DNA of 64,000 nucleotides from Camelus dromedarius. Its lineage: Eukaryota. This document shows, one piece after another, positions 38,041-52,258 of this stretch; within the stretch, counting starts at the first letter, position 1, and each line of letters opens with the position of its first letter. Under the pieces are notes generated by a model. That model saw nothing but the letters and a program-made list of their open reading frames with translations. It did not search any database and was not told the DNA's origin. The position numbers and the translations under genes were made by a program. The stretch covers positions 86,120,001 through 86,184,000 of the forward strand of contig NC_087436.1 in NCBI RefSeq assembly GCF_036321535.1. Direction: 5' to 3'.

Positions 38041-40269
38041 AGTAAATAAAGGAAAAGAATCAAGGTGTTGATGGTTACAACTAAAAAAATGGCTTCATGA
38101 TCATTTGTTCCACCTCTTCTTACTGGCTGAGGAGCTGAGGTTGGAGGAGTGAATGACGTGTCCAAGGGCACGCAGCTCATTGTTGGCAGGGCCAGGACTC
38201 GAGGGAACTCAGCTGCCTACTGCTTCTGCCACACTCCGCTTTCTCCATGTTTGACCAACACAAAATGCCAGGAAAGCTTCTCTAAACGTATGCCCTAATA
38301 GTATAAAAGAGTAGGGAATAGTCCAGTATTCTAAGTAAGATAAAGGGTTAAAAAACTTGGCAATGTGGGACAAACCAAGCTTTCACTTTTCCATTAATTC
38401 CTCAGAGTTAATGATCCCCAGAAGGGAAATCTGGGCTTTCCTAGAGTTCTCCATAGTTTTATTTGTTCCTCTAAAAAATGCTGTCAGGTAACTTTACTTT
38501 TTGGTATCCACTGCTTCCCTTGCAAAATAGAAAGTCTCTTGGTCTAAGTGCGTACATCCCTCCCTGCCTCACAAGGCTGACAGTGAACTTGGCTAGAGCT
38601 TCCAGAAGAAACACTACTAATACAAAATATTACATTTTGTCCACAAGAAAGTAAAACCATTTGTATCTGCTGTTAATTGGAGGGCCTCAGATGACAAACA
38701 TTTTAGGAATTAAAAACTTTTATTCCAGAAATAGTCTCATCTTAAAGAGGCATAGATTAATGGGTTATTGCCATATCTAACCCTGACAAGAATTTTCTAA
38801 CTTAATTTCTGCTTCAGTAGCTTACATAGGCTAAAAGACCAAAATGAATTTGAAGCATGAAAGTAATTTCACAGGCAAACAGTTTCCAAAGGAAAATATA
38901 TTTATCAGCTTTTGAGAGACGTAGAACATCAGAACATTCTAGTTTCTAAGTTTTAAAAATTTGACACATATTTCCCACTCTCTTTTTTCCAGATCAAAGC
39001 AGAATTCTTCTCTTTCTCCTCTCATTTTTTCTTTCAACGTTACTGTGTTTCAAAGTATTATACATGATTCCATTTGCTGAAGTTACTTTTGGCGGGGGAA
39101 CAGCATTATAAGACTACACATTTGAAAATGAAGACAAAAATTTGGAGGGAAAAATAGCAGCTCTCTGCTTCAAAATACATTAACAAGGAAAGCGAAAATG
39201 TCTCTTGTCAGGTAAAGAGATTAGATTAAGAATTTGAGGAGGACAAGAAAGAAGAGGAACTGGGAGAACATGGAAAGGGGAAGAGACAAAAGAGAACAAG
39301 GCAGAATAGAAACAGCATCTCAGTATCATCCATTTATCTTATAAATATTTTTTGAGAACCTACTGAGTACCTGGCGTTGTGTTAGACTCTGGGATGTAAT
39401 GCTGTGCAAAACAAGTTTTGGGCCCTGACGTTGCAGAGTTTATACGATAGCAAAGGAGACAGACTTCAATCCAAATAATCACACAAGCAAATGTAAAGGA
39501 ACTCAGTCCCAGATGGTCTGTTGGAGAGGAAGTGGGAAAAAGGATTCAGGGAAGGCAGAATGGTTCCATCTCAACCTTGAGTTTCAGAGTTGAAGGGAGG
39601 CTGGATAACTGAAATGGTGCTGCCTAGATAGGCACAGTGTCCAAGAAGCATAATAGATCTGGCCCTTGGGCCTTTACTGGCCCCTGGGTTCCCAGGCTAA
39701 GGGGAGGGGGATCCAGTGGCTGACAATACTGAGGAGGCAGGTGAGCAGGTCAGGTCATCTGGGATGGTTTCCTAGGACTCTGTCCCTTGAACTGTGGGGC
39801 AAGCCTCCAGCCTCCTGCAGTTGGCAAAAGGAAGGCAAAGCTATAGAGGCCCAGCCCTGGGCAGAGATTCAGAACATGGCTCCAGCCTGCAGGGACTGGG
39901 AGAGGTGGGATAGACAGACTGGGATAACTGGGACTGGGGAGTGTGGAGCTAGCCCGTGCTTCAGGCCATTGGGCTCAAGGCCTAAGGTTCTCGGGGGCTC
40001 AGGGTGCATGGAAGAAATTTCAGACCTGAATTTTTTTTTAATTAATAAAATCAAAATGAATGAATGGTAATTAAATGTTTAAAAAACATTGCATTATATC
40101 ACTCTTACTTAGTATTCACACACATTTCACTGCGTTGCAAAATTAGTTGTAGGTTAGATTTTCTCATTTGTAAGATTTTCCTAATAAGCCTGGTGATTGT
40201 TGAGAATTCCTGTCTACCATAAAATCAGTGAGACTTAAGAGACAAATAATTTTACCATGTGTGAATTTG

Positions 40270-40535
40270 CATGTTGAATGTATGATGCTGTGATGGTGGC
40301 ATTACACAGTTATCCGAACCCATAGGGTGGATAATACCAAGAGTGAACCCTAATGTGAGCTAGGGACTTAGAGTGACAGTGATGTGTCAGTGTAGGTTCA
40401 TCAGCTATAACAAATGCACCCCTCTGGTAGGAGAGGTTGAAAATGGGGGACACTATGCATGTACGGGGGCTGAGGGCATATGGAAAATCTATACCTTATG
40501 CTCAAATTTGCTATGAGCCTAAACCTGTTCTAAAA
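40270..40535 (+). mobile_element. L1MC-like 3' UTR fragment
   Basis: CCAAGAGTGAACCCTAATGT...GATGTGTCAGTGTAGGTTCATCAG. Confidence 0.75.
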
Positions 40536-42729
40536 ATATATATATAGTCTTTTTTCTTTCTTAAGTGAATGACTGAAGGTCTGGGACAATCTCACAATGA
40601 ATGACCCTGGACTAAGGGGACTCTGGATGGGTCGGATAGAAAAGAAAGCAACTGGGAAAAGAAAGCTGAGTTGGGTCATTAAAGTGTTCTGGGGTCCTTC
40701 CAGAAACTGCATCAAAGATCTTACTGCCTCACTGCTGCCCTCTCTAACCGTTACATTTCTGGTAGACAGTCACATCATCTTTAAAACATAGATGGAGCCG
40801 TGTCACCTCAGTGAATTCCCACAACACATGAGGGAAAAATCAAAACCATGTAGTATGGCACTGGAGGCCCTGAATTTAAAAAGACTGCAAACTGGTAAGC
40901 CTCAAGCCATAATGAATTCAAAAACAGCTTTCACTCGCTCAGTATCTTTAAACATTCTTTTAAAATTAGTGGACAAAGTTTAAAAATTGGGAAATTTTAT
41001 ATAAAAAACTATGGCTTCTCTTGAAATCCTGTAAGGTAGATATTATTTTTAATTCCCTTTTTATAGATAAGGAAATGGAGGCATGGAACTTGCAACTCAT
41101 ATGAGGTTACAACATTAGTAAGAGACCGAATTGGGACTCGAACCTGGGGATTCTGGTACCAGTCTGTACTCTTTATCAACCATAACATACTGCCCCTTGT
41201 GCTCTGGGTTTGTGCTCTGTAGCTCCCCTCTCTACCAGCCCACCCTACCAGGGCCCTCACACACACTGCTCTGTCTTCCATGGGACAATCTTCCCTCTAC
41301 TTGAAGGATGTCTGACACCTTCTCATCTTTCTGTCAACTTCAATGTCACCTCCTTGGAACGCCCTTCTCTGAGCAAACTCAGAGGACCCTTTTTCTCTTT
41401 TTCTCTGTCACTGGCATCTGTGCTTCCTTCATAGAACTTATCACAGTTTCTAATTTCTTTTCTCTTGTGACTTCACTTTGTCTGTGTCCTCCACGGGATT
41501 ATCAGCTCCGTAAAGGTAAACACTATTTGTTTGATTTATCCAGGGCCCCTCATGTAGACTTTCAACAAGTGATTGTTGATGGATGGAGAAATGAACAGCC
41601 TCACATTTAACTGAACAGACAGGTGAGGACCATCAGTAGGCACAGCATTAATGAGCTGGGATGATGTCCCAGTAGGGGCAGATTTTCAAGCCTGCTTTTT
41701 CTTTCAGAGGCAAGAAAAGGTTTATCCTTCTTTAACCTATGAAACCAGCTGTATTGAGCAGGCTTTGGGGTGTGGGTCTCCTGAGAAGGGAAGTGGAATG
41801 AAGATAGCTCTTTATCAGTTTCCCACCCCCATCAGAAATGACATAATCTATCACAGTTAAAGAATGCCCAGGAAATCAGGACAAAGTTAGAACAATACTT
41901 TATAATTTTACATGGAGGATATTATAGTTGAGAACTTGAACTCATAATGGCAACACTTAATTAGATAACCTAGGAGATTGTAAAAAGACAATAAACAGAT
42001 GAAAAGTTTGGGTTAGACTCCCTGAAATTGTAGTGAATTCAAGTAGGATAATTTTTGGAATTTCTACAGCAACATTTGAGGAACTGTTATGTGCCAGACA
42101 ATCTGACAGGCACTAAGGGAAAAAAAATAGTCAGCAAGCATATAAAGGTTATCACTATTACTGTATCTTTCTCTCCAGAAAATATATCTGGAATCCCTGA
42201 AGGAAAAAAAAAAAAAGACAATCTCAAATTTGTACCCTGCCTTCTCTTGAGAACTGAGTGATACCTGAGTGCTGCCACCTGTGTTACTCTCCAAATCACA
42301 CGTCCCGCATCAACCATCCAGGCTTCTGGGACGTAGACCTTGTATCCCGACCCTTCTCTGCCCACAGGGGCACTGCCTCCCAGGGAGGGGCATTTACATG
42401 TATCCATCATAAGTGAAATTGTGGGTGAGAGTTATCATTCCAATTCCTTAGGTCCAGACTGTTTCCCCTAACAATCAGTAGTTCAGAATGTACGGCTAGA
42501 TCCTGGAGGCAAATGCATGAAAAGGCTAATGGCTTCTCTAGGGATACCAAAAAAAGGAATTGTGAAAATCATGAATTATCACCTACAAGGAACTTCTCTG
42601 ATTTTCAGCAGGCCATTTGTCATTGAGGAAATGTCAAGAAATATAAGCCGCCTTCAATTCCTTCAGATAGAGTTAGGGATTCTTTTTCTGTCCAAGGCTT
42701 TTCTAAAGCCATTTTCTGCTCAATATTGC

Positions 42730-42972
42730 TAATTAATAGAGAAATGCAAATCAAAACTACAATCTACAAAACAGAAACAGACTCACAGACATAGTAAACA
42801 ATCTAATGGTTACTGAGGGAAAAGGGGAGGGAAGGGGTAAAATTTTGGGAGTTTGAGATTTGCAAATGAAAAAGAACATGAAAACAAATATATGTATGTA
42901 TATGCATGACTGGAACATTATGCTGTACACCAGAAATTGATACATTGTAACTGACTATACATCAATAAAAAT
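42730..42972 (+). mobile_element. L1 3' end, internally deleted
   Basis: ORF2-end motif AGAGAAATGCAAATCAAAACTACAAT fused directly to 3' UTR CTACAAAACAGAAACAGACTCACAGAC. Confidence 0.7.
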
Positions 42973-43654
42973 TTTCTTGAAAAAGTGTTAACACTAAAGC
43001 CATTTTTATGTTGAATTATAATGATTTGCTTTTGTGTTACATCTTCACTTAAATGTGAGCATCTTAAAAGCATGCTCCATGCCAGTTTATAACGCTTGCA
43101 CAGAGCCCAAAACATAGTAGATAGCCAGTCACTGTAGAATTGATAAGTAAGTGATGTAGTCCTTGCTCTCCAAGATGTACAATCTCCAAGATGGACAAAT
43201 AATTCCAAGGCAGTTATTTGCCAAGGACCAGAAGAAAAATTTGTAATAATTGCTAAAGAGATGGAGGAAAGGGAGGAATTAGTGTGTGCTGGAGTGCACA
43301 GGAGGTGTCTAAAGGAGATGGTGAGAGATGCAGAGGGAAAGAAGGGCTCTCCAAGTACAGATAATGGCACAGCTACGATGTCGGGGCAGGAAAACACACA
43401 GCCTATTTAATGGAGGTTTCTAATTAATTAATTAAGGATATTAATATATTAATCAGAAATCTTAAGGGCTATGTTTAGGTAGTGTTGCTGAAAGTGGATG
43501 AAAAGTAAAAGATACCTTGTATGTCTTAAGCCTGAGTTGCTGGGGGAATGGGTTTCATTGAGGAGGGATCAGCCATGGCGGAGCTAAGCGAAAGTATCCA
43601 GCAACAGTTGGAAATGTGGCAATGATGCTCAGGACAGAGGTTGCTAGAAGAGAC

Positions 43655-44160
43655 ATTAGAATAGATACTTGTACACCCATGTTCGCAGCAGCATTATCCG
43701 CAATAGCCAAAAGGTGGAAACAACCCAAATGTCCATCAGCAAATGAGTGGATAAACAAGGTAGCATATACATACAATGAAATATTCAGCCTTAAAAAGGA
43801 ATAGAAGTCTGAAACATGCTACAAATATGAGCGAACCTTGAAAGACATTATACTAAGTGAAAAAGCCATTCACAAAAAGATAAATACTGTATGATTCCAC
43901 TTACATGAGGTTCCTAGAGTAGTCAAATTCATGGAGACAGAAAGTAGAATGGTGATTGCCAGGGGCTGCGGGGAGGAGAGAATGAAGAATGATTGTTTAA
44001 TGGATAGAGTTTCAATTTGGGAAGACAAAAACTCCTGGAGATGAATGGTGGTGATGGTTGCACAACAATTCGAATGTATGTAATGCCTCTGAAGGAAACA
44101 CTGGAAAAATGATTAACATGATAAATTTTATGTTGTATATATTTTACCACACAGAAAAAA
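43655..44160 (+). mobile_element. L1MB-like 3' fragment
   Basis: ORF2 tail CTPMFAAALSAIAKRWKQPKCPS followed by 3' UTR. Confidence 0.85.
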
Positions 44161-44716
44161 GAGATCTTAGATCTGTCAATTGTCCTTGTAAAAGGCATCA
44201 CTGATCCCATGGGAGAAGTGAGAGCCCTGAAGAAGAATGAAGAACAAGAGAAGGACAGAATCTTAGGGAATGCCTACACTTAGGGGCAGAAGGAAAAGGA
44301 GTTTAGTTAAACCTTCCAAGAGTTTACATCCCTACCATTCAACTTTCTAGCCTGCAAATTAAATTTGAAAATTCTGAGTCCTGTGGAATATTCCTAAAGT
44401 GTTCAGTGGAGGCATTGAAATGTAAAATTGCTGGGGGGGTGGAAAAGGATGGTAGTGATTTTAATCTACTTTCCAAGTTGTTACAATGGCAGGTCTATGA
44501 TGTTTTAAAGAAATACAGTAGCTGTTTGGCAAGAAATGAGTTCTTAATAGTCATTGGCTTCTAGCCAGTTTTTCTCTCAGAGCTTGGAGAGAGAAATAAA
44601 TGTATCATAAAATATATTCACTTCAGTCATTTGTAGAATTGTGGTTCTCTGCATGTAGGATGTAGGAAAAGATGAAAAAATATGGAATATATATCATACA
44701 TATAGATTATATAGCA

Positions 44717-44719
<3 letters not shown>

Positions 44720-44765
<46 letters not shown>
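44720..44765. repeat. (TA)n microsatellite
   Basis: Direct observation. Confidence 0.95.
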
Positions 44766-44768
<3 letters not shown>

Positions 44769-47700
44769 GAGGAATGTAAGACAAGGAGTGATTTTTAAAC
44801 TATAATTACAAAATACAGCACCCCAGCACCAATAATCATGTTTACTTAGGGAAAATTTCTCTTGAGAAACAGGAATATTAAAATGGTTTACAGGAAGAGG
44901 TACTGTCCTTTGTCACCCAGCACAGGTAGGCAGCTAAAACAAATAGGTCTTTAAATAGCAAATAAGACTTTGGTGTGAAGAATGTTTTTTTTTTTTAAGT
45001 CCATTTGAAATACAACAAATTTTTCTAGGAATATATACCAATAGTCTTTTTATAAATGATGCCATTTTAGCCAAAGAAATGTGCAAAAATTCTGTATTCA
45101 CAAATAGTTTGATACCAGCAACCACTTGCTTGTGCTGTAAACAGGTAGCCAGCTGAAATTTTTTGACAACTTAATTACAGCTTGACAGCTATGAAGACAA
45201 GCCAACAGGCTGCCCTGCTGGCTCCATAAAACTGACTCATGTGCATTATGTGAGCTGCCTGATCTTTGAGTAATCACAAAAGACAAATCAGCAAAGAGAG
45301 AAATTCATACAAAGAGAATAAAGCTTTGCAAAAAGGAACCTGTCTTTGGTTCCTCAGAAGTGACTAAAATATTTTAATAGGGCTATTTTACTGCCTCTTT
45401 CTGCTTACCTATGAAATATTGACAGGTCTTCCTGACTGGGAAAAATCAAAACTCATTAAACTCACTGTGTCTTACTTGATTGAATTAGAGGTAGAAAGAG
45501 AGACTGGTTATTATGAGAAAAGAGAAACAATAGAAAGTATGGAAATTGGAGCTCCAAACATCAATCTTAATTTGTGCATTCCTGAGCAATTTTCTAACTA
45601 GACATCAGCTTCCCATACCGCATTACCATTGCTAGCCGTCGTCTTCTGAGAATTCCCCAGGGCATCCAGACCTGCCACTGAATACCTTCAGTCCAAGTGT
45701 GCCTCAGAGGTTCAACTTCTGTCTGATGTCCTCCTACTCCATTTCCGTTTTCTTCACCTTGCCCCCAAGATCTGCATGTTGACTTTTGTTTTGAGACTAT
45801 ATCTGAATGCCCCCTACCCTTCTTACGGATTGAAAGGATTCTGTAAGCACAGAGAAGTCAGCTAAGGACCTCACCTGAACACATAAGCCTTTGCTCTTTC
45901 TGATTTTTAGACTAAGGGAATGTTACGATGAGAGGAAAATGGGTGAGGAGAGGTGATAACATGTCTGGATGAAACAAATATTTCAGATTAACAGCCTTAG
46001 TTCCTTCAACCACATCTCTGATGACTAAGGTCTTGACATCTTTCACCATCCTGGCCATCTTCTTGTTCATTGCCTAGAACAGATAATATAAATATTGTGT
46101 CTTCTATTTTTATTCTTCTCATAGCTGTTGGAATTTGGAAAAACCTGGCTCATAATTCAGTATTTGCACAGTGTTTTGTAGCTTACAAAGCACTGTGCAT
46201 GTATCATCTCATTTAATTTCCACCACTCCCTCAACTTTACAGATAAAGAAAACTGAAGATCAGAGAGGTTAAACAGTTGCCCAAGGACACACAGCTCATA
46301 CGAAAAGGAGCCAGAGCAAAAAGCCAGGTAGGCCCTTATTTTCTATATAGTTCTCTCTTCATGCACAAATTCCACCTTAAAGAAGGTGAAATGTTTTGAA
46401 GTTCTTGATAAGCTTGAAAGTAACCCTTATTTTCAAATATAGCTTATGAAATTATATAGCTTTATGAGTGTTCTAAGGAAGATATAATTTCATTTGTAGT
46501 GCTTCAAAAGCAATATAAAGAAAAAAGATATCCTATTTCTTTATTTTAAATTCAAGGTCTATTAGAGAACAAGACTGTAAATTCAAAATCCACTTAGGCC
46601 CACAAAAATCACTTTTTTTTTAAATACTGTATTCTGAATTTCAGTTCTATAGATATGTTTTGTTGTTAACTCCTCTGATCAAAGAGTTCTAGGGGTTATA
46701 AAATATACCTTAAAAACTATGTCCTCTTATACTCCCTTCCTCAGAAGTTGACAGATTAAAACAAAAATTCATACATTATAGACAATGAACTATTTCCCAA
46801 CAAATAATTAAAATAAAATGTATAATCTTTTTAGCTACACATTTGGTACATTGTGACTATGCACCTCCTGTGATTTCAGTTTCATTTGCACGATTTCTTA
46901 CAGATGTGTGAATTTCTCAGTAAACTGAAAGTCCATACCCTCTGCACATTGAATAAGGTTTTTGAGAAATGCTATTGAGCTGCTGAGTTCAAAAGTTTGG
47001 AAACTTTTCTGGAAACTTTTCCTATGCTTCTGAGTAACAGTTTAACTCTTTGTGTATACATATATAATACATCATGATTATATATAATAATTATGTCATA
47101 TTATATAATTAATATATAAGAAATAAATTAATAATATGATTATAGTGTATTAATTATGTTATAGATAACTTATATTCAAATAGAAACTATAATATATAAT
47201 TTAATCTCTTCCTTTTTAATATTGGTAGTTCTTGATTCACTTTCTTTTCTTATGGCTTGCTAGAACCTACAGAAAATGATTAAGTAAAATGATTAAAATG
47301 GGTAGCTTTTCTTGTTCCCTACTTTAATGAGGATAGTGTGAATGTTTCACCATTCAATAAGATACTAGTTTCTGACAAATATCCTTTATTAATTCAAAAC
47401 AATTTCTTTCTGTTTTTAGCATACTAAAAATTCTTATTAGAAATAGAAGTTTAGAAAGGAATTTTGGCTAAGGTATGGGTACCTCTAAGACCAGACCTGA
47501 TGCAGTGTGCTTTGAGAAAGAGATTTAGCAACTTCAACTCCACAAGGAAAGTCTAGGAAACCAAAACAATTAAAAGGAAATTGTTTGGTGCTATAAAGCT
47601 TTCAACATGGAGGAAAGTTTTTTTAAAAAACACAAACATTTTGTATGTACCCATGTCTTGAATATCTCTATATGTACGGGAGGAGGAAGCTAAAATTCAA

Positions 47701-48807
47701 AAATAATTATAAAAGTAACCCTGGCACTGACCAAGAATTCTGAGTGTGAACTTGTTCCTATGCTTCTCAAAACTGAACAGGTCATAAAAGCCAAAATCAT
47801 TTTGTGATTATTCTTACTCTTTGATTAAGCTTATTCTTTGTGATTATTTTCTTAGTTGTTTACTGTTTTAAGAAGCAATTTTACACACATTAATTCACAT
47901 TTCTAAAACTCTGTCTCAGTAAGCATTATCTCTGTATTTGGGTGATGACATTTTCAGGCATTTTAAAAAGTATAATTTCTTTAAAGCTATGTCTTTGGAC
48001 TCTTTGAGCTTCACTTTTCATATTTACTAATACAATCCTCATCTATTTAGAGAAGCTATACACATTGGCTCTGGGCATAAGTCCAGGAGCAGTTTTTTGA
48101 AGTTTGCTTTCAGTTAATCCTATGGAAATATGTTGGTATTACTCAGTAGCCCGGCATAGTTTATTTAAAACATAGCTAAAGCCATTCCTGCTTGATAACA
48201 CCAGCTAATTATCACAAACTAATCACATGGGGAAAAAAAGTTTTCCTAGACTAAAAGCTGCCATTTCCCAGGCCAGTCATCCCTCAACAATGTGAGCTCT
48301 TGGTCATTAGGATTACAGGAGGGGAGGACAGACTCATCACCATCCTTGGGAAGAGGAGACCAGGACACGAGTAGAAAGACTGCCTGTCCCGGCTGTCCTC
48401 CCATAAGGAATTCCAGTTGTCCTTCTCATAATATGCTCAGAATATGAAACAACATGTCAAATTTGCTATATTTCTTTCTTCAATCATTATGCCTTCACTA
48501 ATGAACTTTTTCGTTCCTTTATTCCTTGATATCCCTCTAGAATTACTTTTTATTATTGCATCTTACAGTCCTTGGTAGCCTATTCATTATACCTCTTGTC
48601 ATTTATTCTGCTTTGGTTTGACTTGGTTTGGTTGTTGCTTTGGGGTTTACAGTATGTATCCTTACTGTCACAGTCTCCCTCCAAGTAATATTATACCATG
48701 TATAGTGTAAGAACTTTATCTATTGCAGGAGATCCTTATAACAGCATTCTTCTATCTTTCCCTCCCAGCTTCTGTGCTATGGTCACATGCACTTTACTTC
48801 TACATAT

Positions 48808-49090
48808 AATTGATCCTTATTATTTGCAGATTCCGTATTTGTCAATTCACCTAGTTACTATAATTTATTTGTAACCCCCAAATCAATGATCATCTCACTT
48901 TCTCAGTCATTTGTGGACATGTGCAGAGGAGGGAAAAATTTGGGTCATCCAAGGTATATGGTCTCATCTGAGGTGGAACAAGGCAATGCTTCACCTCTTA
49001 TATAGTAATTAAGTGTACCATTTTCAGTTTATTAGTGCCACTGCCCAAATTTTGTACTTGTTGGTAATTTTGCTGTTTAACAGGACCTCC
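48808..49090 (+). mobile_element. Tigger-family MITE (MER82-like), left part
   Basis: GATCCTTATTATTTGCAGATTCCGTATTTG...CTGAGGTGGAACAAGGC; continues at ~51972-52058. Confidence 0.7.
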
Positions 49091-49094
49091 CAAA

Positions 49095-51970
49095 AAACTT
49101 GTATATACTGAAAACTACAAAACATTGCTGAAAGAAATTAACAGCACAAATAAATGAAGCAACACCTCATGTTTCTGGATTGGAAGACTTAGTATTGTTA
49201 AGATGTGTATATCACTCAAAACAATCTATAAATTCAATGTGACTCCTGTCCAAATCCCAATGACATTTTTTTGCAGAGATAAAAAAATTCATCCTAAAAT
49301 TCACATAAAATCTCGAGACCCACAAATTGCCAAAACAATCTTGAAAAAGAAGGATAAAGTTGGAGATGTCACACTTTCTGATTACAAAACTTAACTTCAA
49401 AGCTATGGTGTTAAAAAAAGATGGTACTGGCATACAGACAGACATATAGATCAATGGAATATAATAAATTACCCAGAAATAAATGTCAAATAATTTTCAA
49501 CAAGGGTGCCAAGAGCATTCGATGGAGAAAGGACAGTGACTATTCAAGTACAAAAAAAGAAAGCTGGATTCTTATTTATACCATAAACAAACTTTAACTC
49601 TAAATAAATTAAATACCTCAATGTAAGACCTAAAAATATAAAACTCCTTGAAGAAAACACAGGGGAAAATCTTCATGACATTGAACTTGACAATTTCTTG
49701 AATGTGACACCAAAAGCACAAGCAACAAAAGAAGAAAATAGACAACTGGGACAAATCAAAAGTTTAAACTTTTGTGCATCAAAGGACAGAATTAACAGAA
49801 TGGAAGGCAACCTACAGAATGGGAGAAAATATTTGCAAATCATAACCTAATAAAGGGTTAATATCCAGAATAAATAAAGAACTCCTACAACTAAACAACA
49901 AAAAAAAATCAAATAACCCAATGAGAAAATGGGCAAAGAAATTGAATAGACACTTCTCCAAAGAAGATACACAAATGGCCAACAAGACTATGAAAAGATG
50001 CTCAGTATCACTAATCACCACAGAAATGCAAATCAAACTCATAATGAGATATTACTTTATACCATTAGGATAGATAATACCAAAAAAAAAAAAAAAAAAA
50101 GCCACAGAAAATAACAAGTATTGGCAGGGATGTGGAGAAGCTGGACCATTTTGTATTGTTGGGAGGATTGAAAAATGGAACAACCACTATGAAAAACACT
50201 ACAGTGTTTCCTCAAAAAAAATTAGAAATAGAACTACCATGTGATCCAGTGATCCCACTTCTAGGTATAATCCAAAATAATCTAAAGCAGGATCTCAAAG
50301 AGATATTTGTACACCCATGTTCAGAACAGTACTATTCACAATAGCCAAAAGGTGGAAGCAACCCAAATGTCCATCAGTGGATGAGCTGATAAACAAAATG
50401 TGGTATATAAACACAATGAAATACTATGCAGTCTTAAAAATGGAAATGCTGTCACATGCTACAACTCAGATGAACCTTGAAAACATTATGCTACGTGAAA
50501 TAAGCCAGACACAAAAGAACAAACACTATGTGATTCCACTCATATGAGATATCTAAAGTAGTCAAATTCACTGACACAGATAGTAGAATGGTGGTTACCA
50601 AGTACCATAAGACAAAAAAGTTCTGGAGATCGGTAACACAACAGTGCAAATATATATGAACTATTGGACTATATACTTGAAAATGGTTAAGGTGGTAATT
50701 TTTATGTGTTTTTCAATTAAAATTTTAAAATTATTTTAAGAATAAATAAACTCAAAGTGGATTAAAAACCCAAATATAAGAGCTTAAACTGTAAAACTCT
50801 TAGAAGAAAACATAGCAGGAAACCTTCATAACATTGGATTTGGCAGTGATTATTTGCATATAGCAGCAAAAACACAGGCAGCAAAAGAAAAAAATTAAGT
50901 TGGACTTCATCAAAACTAAAAACTTTTTGTATCAAACGACATTATCAACAGAGTGAAAAGGCAACCCATAGAAATGGGAGAAAATATTTGTAAATCATAT
51001 ATTTGATAAGAGAATGATACCCAGAATATAGAGAGAACTCTTAGAACTCAATAACAACAAAATAATCTGATTAATAAATAGGCAAAGATTTTAAACAGAC
51101 ATTTCTCCAAAGAAAATATACAAAAGGCCAATAAACACATGAAAGGTACTCAAAATCATTAATCATCAGGAAAAAAAATCAAATCAAAGCCACAATAAGA
51201 TACCACTATACATCTTTTAGGATGCTTATATCAAAAAGCAAAAACAAAAACAAAATCCAAGTGTTATTAAGAGTATGGAGAAATTGGAACCCTTCTACAT
51301 TGCTGGTGGGAATATAAAATGGTGTAACTGCTGTGGAAAACAGTGTGGCAATTCTGAAAAAAAATTAGGCATAAAATTACCATATGATACACCAGTTCCA
51401 TTCCTGGGTATATACCAAAAGAAGTGAAAGCAGGGAACTCAAAGAGATTTTTTTGTACCTGCATTCATAACAGCGTTATTCACAATAGACAAAGGTGGAG
51501 ACAACCCAAATGTCCATTAATAGAGAAATCGATAAACAAAATGTGGTGTATACGTATAATGAAGTGTTATTCAGCTTTAAAAAGGAAAGATGTTCTGACA
51601 TAAGCTACAGCATGGATGAATGTTGGAAACCTTGTTTTCAGTGAAATAGGTTAGTGACAAAAGGACACATATTGTATGATTTTATTATATGAGGTACCAG
51701 GAGGAGTCAAATTCATAGAAACAGAAAGGAGAATAATGGTTGCCAGGGCTGAGGAGCAGTGGATTGGAAAATTATTGTTTAATGGGCATGGAGTTTCAGT
51801 TTGGGAAAATGAAAATGTTCTGGGGAGTAATGATGGTGATGATAGTTGCACAACAATGTGTAAGTTCCTAATGCCACTGAACCATACACTTAAAAATAAT
51901 TAAAATGCTAAATTTTATGTCATGTATATTTCACCACAATTAAAACAAAACAAAACAAAACAAAAAAACC
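49095..51970 (+). mobile_element. Two tandem 5'-truncated L1 copies (ORF2 C-terminus + 3' UTR)
   Basis: ORF2 remnants (IYKFNVTPVQIP, IAKTILKKK, IAKRWKQPKCPS); the ORF2-end/3' UTR block appears twice (49590-50740 and 50745-51970); (AAAAC)n tail. Confidence 0.88.
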
Positions 51971-52058
51971 CTAGTGCTAAACTGCTATTTAGTGTTCCTA
52001 AGTGCAAGAAGATTGTGACGTGCCCTATGTGTGTGAGGTGAGCTTTATTCAGGCATGA

Positions 52059-52258
52059 TGCTATAGACTGAATTTTGCATACCCCACAAATTCATATGTT
52101 AAGATCCCAAAACCCAATATGATGGTATTACATGGTGGAGTTCTTTGGGAGGTGATTAAGTCATGATGGCAGAACCCTCATGAATGGCATTAGTGACCTT
52201 ATAAAAGATATGCCCAAAAGCTCCCTTCATCCCTTCTACCATGTGAGGACATGGTCAT
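52059..52258 (+). mobile_element. MaLR LTR fragment (MLT1A-like)
   Basis: TGCTATAGACTGAAT...AAATTCATATGTT...CCCTCATGAATGGCATTAGTG. Confidence 0.75.

Noticed and set aside
47050..47200. Extremely AT-rich TAAT/ATTA-dense stretch
   Set aside because: Degenerate (TA)n low-complexity sequence next to an old L1, not a structured motif cluster.
49203..51903. Several short ORFs with L1 ORF2 similarity
   Set aside because: Frameshifted fragments of dead L1 copies, not genes.
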